Of a DNA stretch of 64,000 nucleotides, positions 49,137 through 58,824 are shown piece after piece. Below the pieces are notes generated by a model. It was not told where the DNA came from, ran no database searches, and was given only the letters and a program-made list of their open reading frames with translations. A program made the translations under genes and the position numbers. Origin of the DNA: a virus. Location: IMG/VR virus record IMGVR_UViG_3300017963_000220, positions 1-64,000 of that record. One strand, given 5' to 3'. Position 1 is the first letter of the stretch; every line of letters starts with the position of its first letter.

Positions 49137-50645
49137 ATGGGTTTCTTTGGAGATCTCGCGGGCGCTCTCTCCTCTGCGGTAGAGGGTGTGGGCGAACTCC
49201 GTAAAGCCTCTGTTATGGGTGACGACACAACTACTCTGAGAGGTAGGGGACCGGGCGTTGCTATGGTGACAGATCCGTTGGTCTGGTCTGTGGCTGGTAT
49301 CGCCTACAAGGAAAAGCCTTTCCCGGCATCCTACAGCGTTCTCAGATATCTGTGTAAGCGAGATACAGTCTTGTCAGCTATCATTCTGACGCGGCTACGT
49401 CAGATAAAGACCTTTGCTCGTATCCGAACTCATGAAGAGGTTGAGAGAACAAACACAACTGGCTTCCGTGTGAAGCTCAAGGCTGGTGCTGGTGAGCGGA
49501 CACCACAGGTGGAGCGTACTGAGGATGATCTGACTCAGTTCGTTTCTCGATGTGGTAGGGCAGACGTGACGCGCCGAGAGCGCTCGTTCGCCCACTTCCT
49601 ATGGAAGTACACCAAAGACCGTCTCGAGATAGACCAGGCTTGTGCAGAAAAGAGGAAAGCGCGTGATGGTACGCTGGTGGAATTCTACGCGATAGATGGG
49701 GCATCCATCAGAATCGTAGATCCCGCGAAGCGTAACACTGACGCCGCTTATGTACAGCTCTGGCAGAATAGGCCGGTCGCCAAGTTCAACGAGGAAGACC
49801 TGATGTTCTGTCCGGAGAACGTAACTACTGACATCTACTCCAACGGCTACGCAATCAGTGAGACTGAGATAGCTATAAAGAAGATCATGGCTCACCTGGG
49901 TATCGATGAGACGAACGCTCGTCAATTTCATCCAGGGTCGATGCCCAAGGGCTTCTTACAGGTCGTGAACGCCGATATCTCAGAGGAACAGATTCAGGTA
50001 CTCGAGGCCCGTTGGCGTAATCAGGTAGCCAACTACAGGGGCAAACACAAGCTTCCATTCATCCCCATCCCTCGGGGTGGGAGAATGGAGTTCATAGCTC
50101 TTCCCCAAGCGACCGACATCGAGCATGGGAACTTCTTAGACTATCTCGTGAACACACTCACATCCCTGTACGGGATGGACCCTGCTGAAATCAATTTTCC
50201 AAACCGCTCTGGCGGTATCGCTGGGGCTACTCCTGGGCTGATTCAATCATCACCAGAAGCTACACGTCTGACTGCCTCTCGAGACAAGGGCCTGAGAACA
50301 CTCTTGGCCTATCTCGAGGACTGTATCAATGATGAGATTATGCCTGACCTGGACCCAACGGGAGATTTTGAGTTCTCCTTTATAGGGTTCGACCGACAGA
50401 CCGACGGTGACCGTGCTGACTTGGAGAACAAGACGGTACGTTTCTATAAGACGGTCAATGAGATCCGTGAAGGGCATGGCCTCGAGCCTCGGGATGACGG
50501 AGATGTCATTCTGGACGCCACCTGGCTACAAGCTAAACAGGGGGCTGAGATGGCTCAGATGCAGGAACAGATGGGTGGAGAAGGTGGCGGCGGTGAAGAA
50601 GAAGGCTGGGGTGCTCCTGAAGAAGGTGAGGGTGATCTGTTTTAG
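49137..50645 (+). CDS. portal protein (positional call)
   Basis: ~500 aa immediately downstream of terL. Acidic Gly/Glu C-terminus. No motif verified. Confidence 0.55.
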   Translation: MGFFGDLAGALSSAVEGVGELRKASVMGDDTTTLRGRGPGVAMVTDPLVWSVAGIAYKEKPFPASYSVLRYLCKRDTVLSAIILTRLRQIKTFARIRTHEEVERTNTTGFRVKLKAGAGERTPQVERTEDDLTQFVSRCGRADVTRRERSFAHFLWKYTKDRLEIDQACAEKRKARDGTLVEFYAIDGASIRIVDPAKRNTDAAYVQLWQNRPVAKFNEEDLMFCPENVTTDIYSNGYAISETEIAIKKIMAHLGIDETNARQFHPGSMPKGFLQVVNADISEEQIQVLEARWRNQVANYRGKHKLPFIPIPRGGRMEFIALPQATDIEHGNFLDYLVNTLTSLYGMDPAEINFPNRSGGIAGATPGLIQSSPEATRLTASRDKGLRTLLAYLEDCINDEIMPDLDPTGDFEFSFIGFDRQTDGDRADLENKTVRFYKTVNEIREGHGLEPRDDGDVILDATWLQAKQGAEMAQMQEQMGGEGGGGEEEGWGAPEEGEGDLF

Positions 50646-50652
50646 ATCACCC
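50630..50652. repeat. GATC-N7-GATC inverted repeat (8-bp arms)
   Basis: GGGTGATC-tgtttta-GATCACCC. It spans the portal stop TAG. Confidence 0.9.
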
Positions 50653-50664
50653 TAGGAGGTATCA

Positions 50665-52137
50665 ATGTACGTAGACCGAGCGGGCAAAGACGAGCCCACT
50701 CTCAATACAGAAGAGGCCGAAGCCTACGTCAAGGCACTGATGAGGATGGCCGCTCGAGACTGTGTTCAACACAGCTACAAGTGGCGTCAGTACGTGCCAA
50801 ATACACCTGAAGGACCCTTTTGGTCTGGTGTATCCGATGACTTCAAGCGGAAGGTCGCCAAGGTTGCTGGCGACAAGATGTACGACAAGCTCACGGCGGC
50901 TATCGCTGTCAACAAGAACGTCAGGAAGGCAAAGGAAGCTATCACGCGCTCGCGCTGTGAGGACGCTGTTCGAGAAGCCTTACATGACGAGAAAGAACTG
51001 CATCACGAGGGCGCTGAATCAGGGGAGAGTTCAAAGCCTGAACCGGAGGAGAAGATGGAAGAGGCCAAAGGCACGGTACGTATTGACGTGGGTCATCCCA
51101 ATGTCAATGTCCCCTCTGTCACAGCAAAGGCTGAAGAGCTTTCTGAAGCTATGGGCGATTCCTTGGTGAAGGCTTTCGCGCCCAAACCCAACATGCACGA
51201 CTTCGTTCCCAAGACCAGAGAAGAACTCGAGCTGTACAAGTCTCATGGCATCGTTCCCAAGGGCTTCCTCGACCGTAAGATGGTCGCCCAGATCTGTCCT
51301 GGTCTCGCCGACGAGATGAAGAAGGCTCAGATGCCCCTCATTCGTGAGGAGCGTTTCCTCTCCGACATCGGGAAGCGTGTAGCTTTGGATGTTCACAGGA
51401 ACGCCGAAAAGTACGCTCAGGCCATTCTCGAGCACGCCCCAGAGATGATCGAGGAGTTCGCCAAGGCCGAGGACGCCCACGAGTACGACCTGTACAAGGC
51501 AGGAGACCTGACCATGGATCTCATCAAGGCTGGGAAGCCTGGTATGGTTCAGAAGAAGGTCAAGGTCACTCGTGGTGGTAAGACCTTCTACCAAATGCGT
51601 TGGGTCCGTGAAGGAGGAGAGAGTACAGAAGAGGCTCTGAAATCCAGAGAGGAGTCCGAGGGCGGATACGGTCTGAAACACCGTACCCAGACAGAGGGCG
51701 TTAGAGCTGTGGCAAAACAATACGGCTTGAACGCTGAGGTCTCTGTTCGTCTACACGACCAGTGGAAGCTGGGACGTAGCCCTGATGTTGCACGCTCCGT
51801 CTTACAAGACCATGGAGTGGAGGGCGTTCCATCCTCTGAGACAGTGAAAAAGGTTTGGCTTGCCTATAAGGCTGACGTGGAGGCTGACGTCAAATCGTAT
51901 GCAGAAGGAATGAAATCCAGGGAACGGAAACAGCGCCGAGCCTCGGGAGCCGAGGGTGAGAATTGGAGCGTGTCTGAGGCGAAAGCACGGCTAGCTGAGC
52001 TACACAAGGAAACCGCTAAGGCCCGTAAGGCTGGCGATAAGAAGGCGGCAGCACGCTTTCATCGTCAAGCTCGACGCGCTATGAGAATCATCCAGGCAGC
52101 TCGCGAGAAGTCTGGACGCGGCGCTCGTCGCGGCTGA
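50665..52137 (+). CDS. large virion-module protein
   Basis: TAGGAGG upstream. Contains KKVKVTRGGKTFYQMRWV. Confidence 0.6.
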   Translation: MYVDRAGKDEPTLNTEEAEAYVKALMRMAARDCVQHSYKWRQYVPNTPEGPFWSGVSDDFKRKVAKVAGDKMYDKLTAAIAVNKNVRKAKEAITRSRCEDAVREALHDEKELHHEGAESGESSKPEPEEKMEEAKGTVRIDVGHPNVNVPSVTAKAEELSEAMGDSLVKAFAPKPNMHDFVPKTREELELYKSHGIVPKGFLDRKMVAQICPGLADEMKKAQMPLIREERFLSDIGKRVALDVHRNAEKYAQAILEHAPEMIEEFAKAEDAHEYDLYKAGDLTMDLIKAGKPGMVQKKVKVTRGGKTFYQMRWVREGGESTEEALKSREESEGGYGLKHRTQTEGVRAVAKQYGLNAEVSVRLHDQWKLGRSPDVARSVLQDHGVEGVPSSETVKKVWLAYKADVEADVKSYAEGMKSRERKQRRASGAEGENWSVSEAKARLAELHKETAKARKAGDKKAAARFHRQARRAMRIIQAAREKSGRGARRG

Positions 52138-52150
52138 TCGGAATCAGATC

Positions 52151-54394
52151 ATGGGCAAGAAACGTGTACATGTCGACGTGGCCAAGGCTCTGGGTGTCAA
52201 GCTAGGGGTCAAATGGAATCGCGTCGACTTCACTCCTTACGACCTAGCCGCAGGTATGTCTGTCGAGATGGAACATCAAGGTGGAAAGACCGATGTAGTT
52301 GGGAAAGACGTAAACCTGGATACCGCAAAGATAGCTCTCGCCCATCTCAAAGAGGGTGGTGACTACTATAAGCGGCTGGCCAAGATGGAGAAGGATATGA
52401 AGAAAAGCGATCCTCTGTGCCGCTTCTGTGGCGACACGGCGACGAAATCTCTTACGATGAACAACGGAACGACGGTCAACGCCTGTGGAGCCTGTGCCCG
52501 GAAGCGTAAGCGGAAGGGTCAGGTCAAGGAGAATTGTGACCTGAAACGTTCAGAGGGTGATCTGACTCAGATCGATCCCATGGCAGACATCCACAGCTTC
52601 GTCGATATGGTCAAAGCCAAGAAGGGCAAAAAGACCAAGATGAAGAAACGCGTGAAGGTCACCCGTGGTGGTAAGACCTTCTATCAGATGCGCGAAGTCA
52701 ACGTCGAAGGTGAGGAGATTCAAGAAGCTAAGGGTAAGGCTCTGGGGCCTGTAGCAGATTTTACACAGATGCCTAAGAGTCACGCGGATCTCGTCAATAA
52801 GCTGACAGCCTACCTCAAGACGAACGAGTCGAAGCTTACGCTGGGCAGTCATCACGACCTTCCTGTTGGGCCGAAGGGTGGCTCCATGGGCTACTTCTAC
52901 GTGCGCACTGGCCGGTTTAGTGGGGGTAAACCTGTCTACGTTCTCAAGACACGAGCAACAGCTATGTTGGACTTTGAGGATGTGTCCTATTCTCTTGAGG
53001 GGCTTGCCAAGGATATAGCTGATCTTGTTTTTGATGAGCTAGATATCCTTACTCCTGAGCAGGAAAAGGAGGCGGCTTATAAGAAGGCGGTCAAGAACAT
53101 AGAAAACAAGTTCGGTGGTGCCATAGAAGCCCTAGAGCCTGGTGACAAGGTACAACATAAAGAGTCGGGTTACACTGTGACGCGTGGCTGGTATGGCAAA
53201 GGCGGCTTCAATCAAAAGGGTCAGGGACCTACAGCCTATCAGATATCACGTAAAGGTGATCGTAGTAGTACGTCAGTGTATTCTGCGAAAGACGCCTCGG
53301 AACATCTAGCCTCTCGTCTTTATCAAATTGACCATGACAAGCAACGGCATGAAGAAGCTACTCGACGCGCTCCTCCAGGTGGGTTCAAGCGTGGTATGCG
53401 TGTACAGAACGCTAAGGGAGAAACCGGCGTAGTTCAAAGTGGCTTGACGCCTCCAGGTAAGGGGCATGTCACAGGACGTATTCGTGTCAAGACACACGGC
53501 GGAAAGTATAACGCTGATCAGATCTGGGATGTCATTGATGATGGTGTGTCTGCCATTGGGGCGGAACTCGCTCCCAAGAAAGAGCTGACCACAGAACAAG
53601 AGGTCGAGGCATTCGTCAAGAAGGTTCACGAGAAGTTAGGAACCCCAAAGGTTCCCTCGAAGGGTCTCCCCGCGAAGCGTGCTGTGGCTGGTAAGGCTGG
53701 CGGTAAGAAGAAAACTAAAGGTGACCCTCTCAAGACGAAAGAAGCTGCCGAAGCCTATTTCTCTGGGAGTACACGGTCTGGTCCAAAGGAGTCGTACCCT
53801 TACTACCAGAAGAAGTCTCAGAAAAAGAGCAAAGCCGAAGCGAAGCCAGCTAAGGCCCCCAAGCCTAAGAAGGCCCCGAAGCCCCAGAAGGCTCCTAAGG
53901 CTAAAGCAGCTCCCAAATCAAAGGCTCAGAAGAAGACGACCACGCCGTCAGATATCACGTCGCTACCAGTTCATGCTGTCAGTGTAGGCGATACCGTCTC
54001 GTTTACACGGTTCGGTACAGAGATATCTGGCAAGATTACCAAGGTCTCCCGGAAAGGGAGTCAAGCTGTCTTGACCATTGGCGGTCAAGACTTCCCTATG
54101 ATGGGACACAGGAAGGTGAAAATCATGAAGTCAGATGATCCGACTCCGATCATTGGGGACAAGCCAGATCTCGTCGACTTCCTCAAGGCACACGCTTCGG
54201 CGTCCACTCGAGGCTGGGCGCGGAAGATGAAGCGTGAGGGTGGTGAGCATCCATTTACGTGGTGTTCCAACAAGGTCCGGGGTATTGGTTTCACTGATGA
54301 TCCCAACGCGTTCTGTGCAGCGGTCCATCTCGCCGCCTACGGTATGACACCGATGCAGCGGAAGAAGGCCAAAGAGTCGAAGGACGAGTCGTGA
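52151..54394 (+). CDS. large virion-module protein
   Basis: Contains KRVKVTRGGKTFYQMREV, AKPAKAPKPKKAPKPQKAPKAK repeats, and a C-terminal ~50-aa domain shared with the next ORF. Confidence 0.65.
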   Translation: MGKKRVHVDVAKALGVKLGVKWNRVDFTPYDLAAGMSVEMEHQGGKTDVVGKDVNLDTAKIALAHLKEGGDYYKRLAKMEKDMKKSDPLCRFCGDTATKSLTMNNGTTVNACGACARKRKRKGQVKENCDLKRSEGDLTQIDPMADIHSFVDMVKAKKGKKTKMKKRVKVTRGGKTFYQMREVNVEGEEIQEAKGKALGPVADFTQMPKSHADLVNKLTAYLKTNESKLTLGSHHDLPVGPKGGSMGYFYVRTGRFSGGKPVYVLKTRATAMLDFEDVSYSLEGLAKDIADLVFDELDILTPEQEKEAAYKKAVKNIENKFGGAIEALEPGDKVQHKESGYTVTRGWYGKGGFNQKGQGPTAYQISRKGDRSSTSVYSAKDASEHLASRLYQIDHDKQRHEEATRRAPPGGFKRGMRVQNAKGETGVVQSGLTPPGKGHVTGRIRVKTHGGKYNADQIWDVIDDGVSAIGAELAPKKELTTEQEVEAFVKKVHEKLGTPKVPSKGLPAKRAVAGKAGGKKKTKGDPLKTKEAAEAYFSGSTRSGPKESYPYYQKKSQKKSKAEAKPAKAPKPKKAPKPQKAPKAKAAPKSKAQKKTTTPSDITSLPVHAVSVGDTVSFTRFGTEISGKITKVSRKGSQAVLTIGGQDFPMMGHRKVKIMKSDDPTPIIGDKPDLVDFLKAHASASTRGWARKMKREGGEHPFTWCSNKVRGIGFTDDPNAFCAAVHLAAYGMTPMQRKKAKESKDES
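54135..54153. repeat. GATC-N7-GATC inverted repeat inside a virion gene
   Basis: ATGATC-cgactcc-GATCAT. It encodes DDPTPII. Confidence 0.9.
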
Positions 54395-54502
54395 GTCGAC
54401 ACGTATTCAAGAAGGCAAAAGCGTCTGATCCAGAGCTGGAGTTGAACCTTGACGAGGAGAACTCAGACTGGATCAGAACGCTACGCCGAAAACGGAGGGA
54501 CC

Positions 54503-57500
54503 GTGCCAAAGAAGGACCTGTCAAAGTACGTCAAGGTCAAGGTTCCGGTAACGAAGGGACCTAAGAAAGGTACATATACTACCGTCTATAAGAAGAAGGC
54601 CGAGCTAGAGAAGGAGAAGAAGCAAAAGAAGGCTCCTAAGGAGTCGAGCTTCTTCATGGACGTGGCTAAGTATCTCAAGATGGTAGATCTTCATGACGCT
54701 ATCTATGATGTTGCGGTCCACGCTCCGGCGGATATAGATATACCTTCTCGTCTAAGTGACCACGAGGCAGTGTTACTTTTAGACGAGACTACGTATCCTT
54801 CTTATATGCGTCACATGACACATATTCTTCGTCAGCTACGTGATAAGACTTACACATCCAAGGAACAGCTTGCCCATGAAAAGCTAGCGTTTAGTTGGAA
54901 GGTTGAGGCTGATAAGCTGCACACTAGGGCTTCACATGAGACACATAAGCGCTTGAACAAGCTCTTAGACAAGCTCTGGGATGCTGCTGAAGGTACCGAG
55001 GACGAAGAACCAGCGAAACCTCTCAGTGTCAAGGCTCCAAAGGAACCCAAAAAGTTCACAAAGGCTGGCATACGTAAGTACGCCAGAGAGCTATATACGT
55101 CTCTCACAGAGTTGCAAAAGCTCGCCAAGGATAGAAACAACCACATGAAGTCCATAACCTTGGAAGGTTCACTTGCCAAGGCTGTACTTCACGCCTATTC
55201 CTATGGTGGACCCAAGGGTAGGGTTCATCTGAAGGATGGCACTGTCATACGCTCTGAACACATTGGTAACCACACGGGTCGACGTAACGCTGATCGCCCT
55301 CCAGGTACCGTAATATGTGCATATTACGATGTTACTCCTCTGGAAAGTGCCAAGAAGTACCTTTCTGGTTACGCCGTTTTTCACATGGATGACGTGGAGA
55401 GCATAGAGGTGGATAACGTCACGTCTATGGACTACATGATGAGTCCTATGGGTATCGCTGGTGATATGGCTTCCTTCGCTGGTGGTTGCTACGTTGGTCA
55501 ACATCTCTTGGCGGACTGGTACGGCTCGGCTAATGGTCCAGCCTCCAAAGTCTTCGCCCATGCCTTGGAGCTGATGGGAGCTGTCCCTAAAGCCTACAGG
55601 TGGAATCGTGGTGAAGCCAAGTATGAGCCTGTGAGCAAAGCTATCAAGGGTAAAGGCGAGGCTACCTTTGACGCTGTGAGATACGCGAAGCAACGTTATC
55701 ACGTGACACAAGAACTCCTAGAGGGTAAGAGCAAAACCTGGACGATGTACCGGGGACTGAAGGGTGAAGTAGCTCAAGGTATCTCAGACCATTTCCTCGA
55801 ACATGGTGAGAACGCCTCTGTTGCTCTGAACTGTAGGACATTGGAGTCTTGGGCTACAGATAAAGGTGTGGCAAAAAACTTCGGCCAAACCGTATTGGTT
55901 GCTCAGGTTCCTAATGAAGCTGTGTTTGTGGACCCTCGAGTCTCCGCGATTATGACAGACTTTCGTGAGTCTGAAGCGCTTGTCGTGCAGATGAATAAGG
56001 ATAAGAAGAAGGGTAACCTTCCTCGCTTTGTAGTCGACGATTTGTTAGAGGAGAAGGAGACTTCCTGGGGTGATACCTACGCAGAGTATAGCGTGAAGCT
56101 TCGAGGTGAGAAGCCTCGGGTGCCTGTGGCGGAGCCTAAGAAGGTAACGATCAAGTCTTTGGAAGCTCGTCGTAAGGAACTTCAGAAGATAATGAAGAAG
56201 CAAGACGACATCATGGATAAGCTTCACGACAAACATGGCGATGATCATGCCGACTGGCCAGAAGAGGCTCAAGAAGCTTTCGAGGAGGCTGAAGACACCT
56301 GGTACGCAGCTGATGAGGAATCGAATCATCATTTCAATAAGATCTTCAAGATGCAGGAAGCTAACAAGAAGAAGAAGGCTACCAAGGCCGCTGCTAAGAA
56401 GAAGAAAGAGGAATCTAAAGCCTCTTCAGCAAATCTCAAGAAGCTTCAGAAGAAGATGAAGAGTCTTCGAGCCGATAAAATGGCGGCGGAAAAGATCATG
56501 AACAAGATTGAAAATAAGCATGGTAATCGGCCAGATGGATCTTATATAGGTAAGGACAAGTGGCCTAAAGCTGCTGTTGAAGCTCATAACGAAGCGGAAG
56601 CTGAGTGGTATGATCTTGATGATCAGGTAGCAGATTTAGCGGAAGAGATGTCTAAAATGAAACTCCAGTTGAAAGCCAAGAAAGGCATCACACACTTCTT
56701 CAAGAAGAGTGATCGGGGTAAGATCAGAAAGCGTATCGCCTATCAGCGTAATGGGAAGACCCATTACCGTTGGCAGTGGGTAAACGCTCCGACAGGAGAA
56801 ACCGCTCCAGTCCCAGGACAGGATGAGGACTACCGTACACATCTTGCCTATGTGTTCACCGAGGGGCGAGAAGCCTACACGAAGAACGTACTCGAGAAGG
56901 TCAAAGAGTTTCATGAGGAGCTACGAGCAAAAGGGAAACCTATTCCTGAAACCAGGGCTCAGGCTCAAGCGAAACGTACCGCTAAACGCCAGGCTGCTGT
57001 GTTACCTCGAGACATGGGACGTCTTTATTCTCTGGCTCCCATGGTTCGTCACAAGATCGCTCGAGAGACTGACGCTATAGCGAGCAAGAATCAGGGGAAG
57101 TGGCTTCGACCTGTGGGTGTGGATACTATGGGCTACTCTGTCAAGAAGGTAGGGAAGCGCGTGCATGTCCGCGACCGCTCAGGTCGAAGGCAACAGTCAT
57201 TCGCTACCATGGGCGAGGCCATAGAACACATTTACCAGGAGACCGGCCCTCGGGCTGAGGAGATAGCTCACCAAGAGCGTCGACAGGGCAAAAAGTCTAA
57301 GACCAAGCCTCTCAAGATTGAGAAGGTCAAGACCAAGGAGAAGCAGGATGTTCATGTGGAGCCCAGACGACGAGAAGATACGAAAAAGCGTAAAGTGGTC
57401 AGTACACGTGTCGCGTTGCGACGAATCAAAGAGGGCTCCTGGGGACAAGTGGGCGGCCATGATGTCTACAGGAACCTTAGTGGCGGGTACGAACTGCCGG

Positions 57501-57823
57501 GTGGCGTCAAAGCTAAGAATCTCGCTTCAGCCGTCAAACACATGTCGGAATTGAAGGTCAAGAAGCCTTCTAAAGAAGAGACGGCAAAGTCTGGGACCGC
57601 TGGGGCGATCTCAGTAGGATCACGAATCAGCTTTGGCCGTTTTGGTCAGACTGTTACAGGCAAGGTAACCAAGGTCACAAGGAAGGGTAGTCAGGTCATC
57701 GTGACCATCGGTGGTACTGACTATCCAATGGCATCACATAGGCGAGTGAAGTTCCTGAAAGGGGAGCGTACAGCTCGTCTGACATTCACGCCAGATGGAC
57801 AGCTAGTCCAGATTTGGCACTAG
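54503..57823 (+). CDS. very large virion-module protein with ADP-ribosyltransferase-like segment
   Basis: ORF 54449..57823. Start uncertain (TTG54449 or GTG54503 after ACGGAGGG). R-S-ExE pattern: MYRG, ESWAT, ESEAL. Confidence 0.6.
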   Translation: MPKKDLSKYVKVKVPVTKGPKKGTYTTVYKKKAELEKEKKQKKAPKESSFFMDVAKYLKMVDLHDAIYDVAVHAPADIDIPSRLSDHEAVLLLDETTYPSYMRHMTHILRQLRDKTYTSKEQLAHEKLAFSWKVEADKLHTRASHETHKRLNKLLDKLWDAAEGTEDEEPAKPLSVKAPKEPKKFTKAGIRKYARELYTSLTELQKLAKDRNNHMKSITLEGSLAKAVLHAYSYGGPKGRVHLKDGTVIRSEHIGNHTGRRNADRPPGTVICAYYDVTPLESAKKYLSGYAVFHMDDVESIEVDNVTSMDYMMSPMGIAGDMASFAGGCYVGQHLLADWYGSANGPASKVFAHALELMGAVPKAYRWNRGEAKYEPVSKAIKGKGEATFDAVRYAKQRYHVTQELLEGKSKTWTMYRGLKGEVAQGISDHFLEHGENASVALNCRTLESWATDKGVAKNFGQTVLVAQVPNEAVFVDPRVSAIMTDFRESEALVVQMNKDKKKGNLPRFVVDDLLEEKETSWGDTYAEYSVKLRGEKPRVPVAEPKKVTIKSLEARRKELQKIMKKQDDIMDKLHDKHGDDHADWPEEAQEAFEEAEDTWYAADEESNHHFNKIFKMQEANKKKKATKAAAKKKKEESKASSANLKKLQKKMKSLRADKMAAEKIMNKIENKHGNRPDGSYIGKDKWPKAAVEAHNEAEAEWYDLDDQVADLAEEMSKMKLQLKAKKGITHFFKKSDRGKIRKRIAYQRNGKTHYRWQWVNAPTGETAPVPGQDEDYRTHLAYVFTEGREAYTKNVLEKVKEFHEELRAKGKPIPETRAQAQAKRTAKRQAAVLPRDMGRLYSLAPMVRHKIARETDAIASKNQGKWLRPVGVDTMGYSVKKVGKRVHVRDRSGRRQQSFATMGEAIEHIYQETGPRAEEIAHQERRQGKKSKTKPLKIEKVKTKEKQDVHVEPRRREDTKKRKVVSTRVALRRIKEGSWGQVGGHDVYRNLSGGYELPGGVKAKNLASAVKHMSELKVKKPSKEETAKSGTAGAISVGSRISFGRFGQTVTGKVTKVTRKGSQVIVTIGGTDYPMASHRRVKFLKGERTARLTFTPDGQLVQIWH

Positions 57824-57835
57824 GAGGGCTGAGAG

Positions 57836-58111
57836 ATGGGTGAGTACGATGAGGTTGTGAAGAAACACCTGGGTCCAGGTCCGTACAAGACGGGCGAGTT
57901 GCGTCCTGGGAAGGCTCTTGAGGGTGGCGACGTTCGTCAGACCACAGAGAAGCCTCTCACCAAGCTCGAGCTTACGCAAGGACAGCTCGAGCGGATCAAG
58001 GATCACATGGCTGACGGTAAGAGCTACGAAGAGGCTGTGTCTCGCGTAGCAGGCGTTCCTGTCGAGGAGCTGGAGAAGGGTTCCTACATCATTCAGAGGA
58101 AACATGGTTGA
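57836..58111 (+). CDS. hypothetical protein
   Basis: AGGAGGGCTGAGAG upstream. Confidence 0.5.
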   Translation: MGEYDEVVKKHLGPGPYKTGELRPGKALEGGDVRQTTEKPLTKLELTQGQLERIKDHMADGKSYEEAVSRVAGVPVEELEKGSYIIQRKHG

Positions 58112-58781
58112 CTCATGTGTGCTGCTATTGAGCGGTGGTCTTGATTCGGCTGTCTGTCTGTACCAGCTACTTGAACAGGAGGTAGATGTCTACCCTTTGT
58201 TCGTTCACTATGGACAGGCAGCCGAACAAGAGGAGTACCAAGCAGTACTACGTCTTATTTCTCAGGCTAGGGAACGCTTTGACACTGAGGTGATCAATCT
58301 CCAACACGTATCCATGCAAATGATGGGTTCGTACCTGACTTTTGATCAACCAGTCTGGTATGACCTGGACGACCCTAAAATGCTGGATGGTGAGTACGTG
58401 AAGGTGTCCCCTACATATGTACCTGCTCGTAACACAATTTTGGCGCTGTTGGGGTTCCAGGTAGCCTACAAATACGACCTGGATGCTGTAGCGCTCGGTG
58501 TGAAGGTCGTCAACGAGGCCCTTTATCCTGATTGTGGTACTGAGTGGGCCGTCGCCATGCAACATATGTTCAATCTACACACATTGGGAGGTAGAAAAGA
58601 GGTTCGTCTCTTGACCCCCATCGCAACGGCTCGGCGTTTTGAAGTCCGGAAAATGGCCAAAGAGTACGGTGTACCAGAGGATCTCCTTATGAGTTGTCTT
58701 CTCCCTATAGATGGGGAACCTTGTGGTAGGTGCTCGGGCTGTCTGGAAGAAGAAGATGAAAACACCGAGAAAAAAGAGTGA
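58104..58781 (+). CDS. queC: 7-cyano-7-deazaguanine synthase
   Basis: PP-loop LLLSGGLDSAV. C-terminal Zn cluster CLLP...CGRCSGC. Confidence 0.85.
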   Translation: MVDSCVLLLSGGLDSAVCLYQLLEQEVDVYPLFVHYGQAAEQEEYQAVLRLISQARERFDTEVINLQHVSMQMMGSYLTFDQPVWYDLDDPKMLDGEYVKVSPTYVPARNTILALLGFQVAYKYDLDAVALGVKVVNEALYPDCGTEWAVAMQHMFNLHTLGGRKEVRLLTPIATARRFEVRKMAKEYGVPEDLLMSCLLPIDGEPCGRCSGCLEEEDENTEKKE

Positions 58782-58796
58782 TCTGAATCAGATCAC
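58778..58796. repeat. GATC-N7-GATC inverted repeat (near-perfect 19-bp palindrome)
   Basis: GTGATCTGAATCAGATCAC. It contains the queC stop TGA. Confidence 0.9.
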
Positions 58797-58824
58797 CTGA
58801 AAAAAGCTGTTTTTAGCAGAACTA

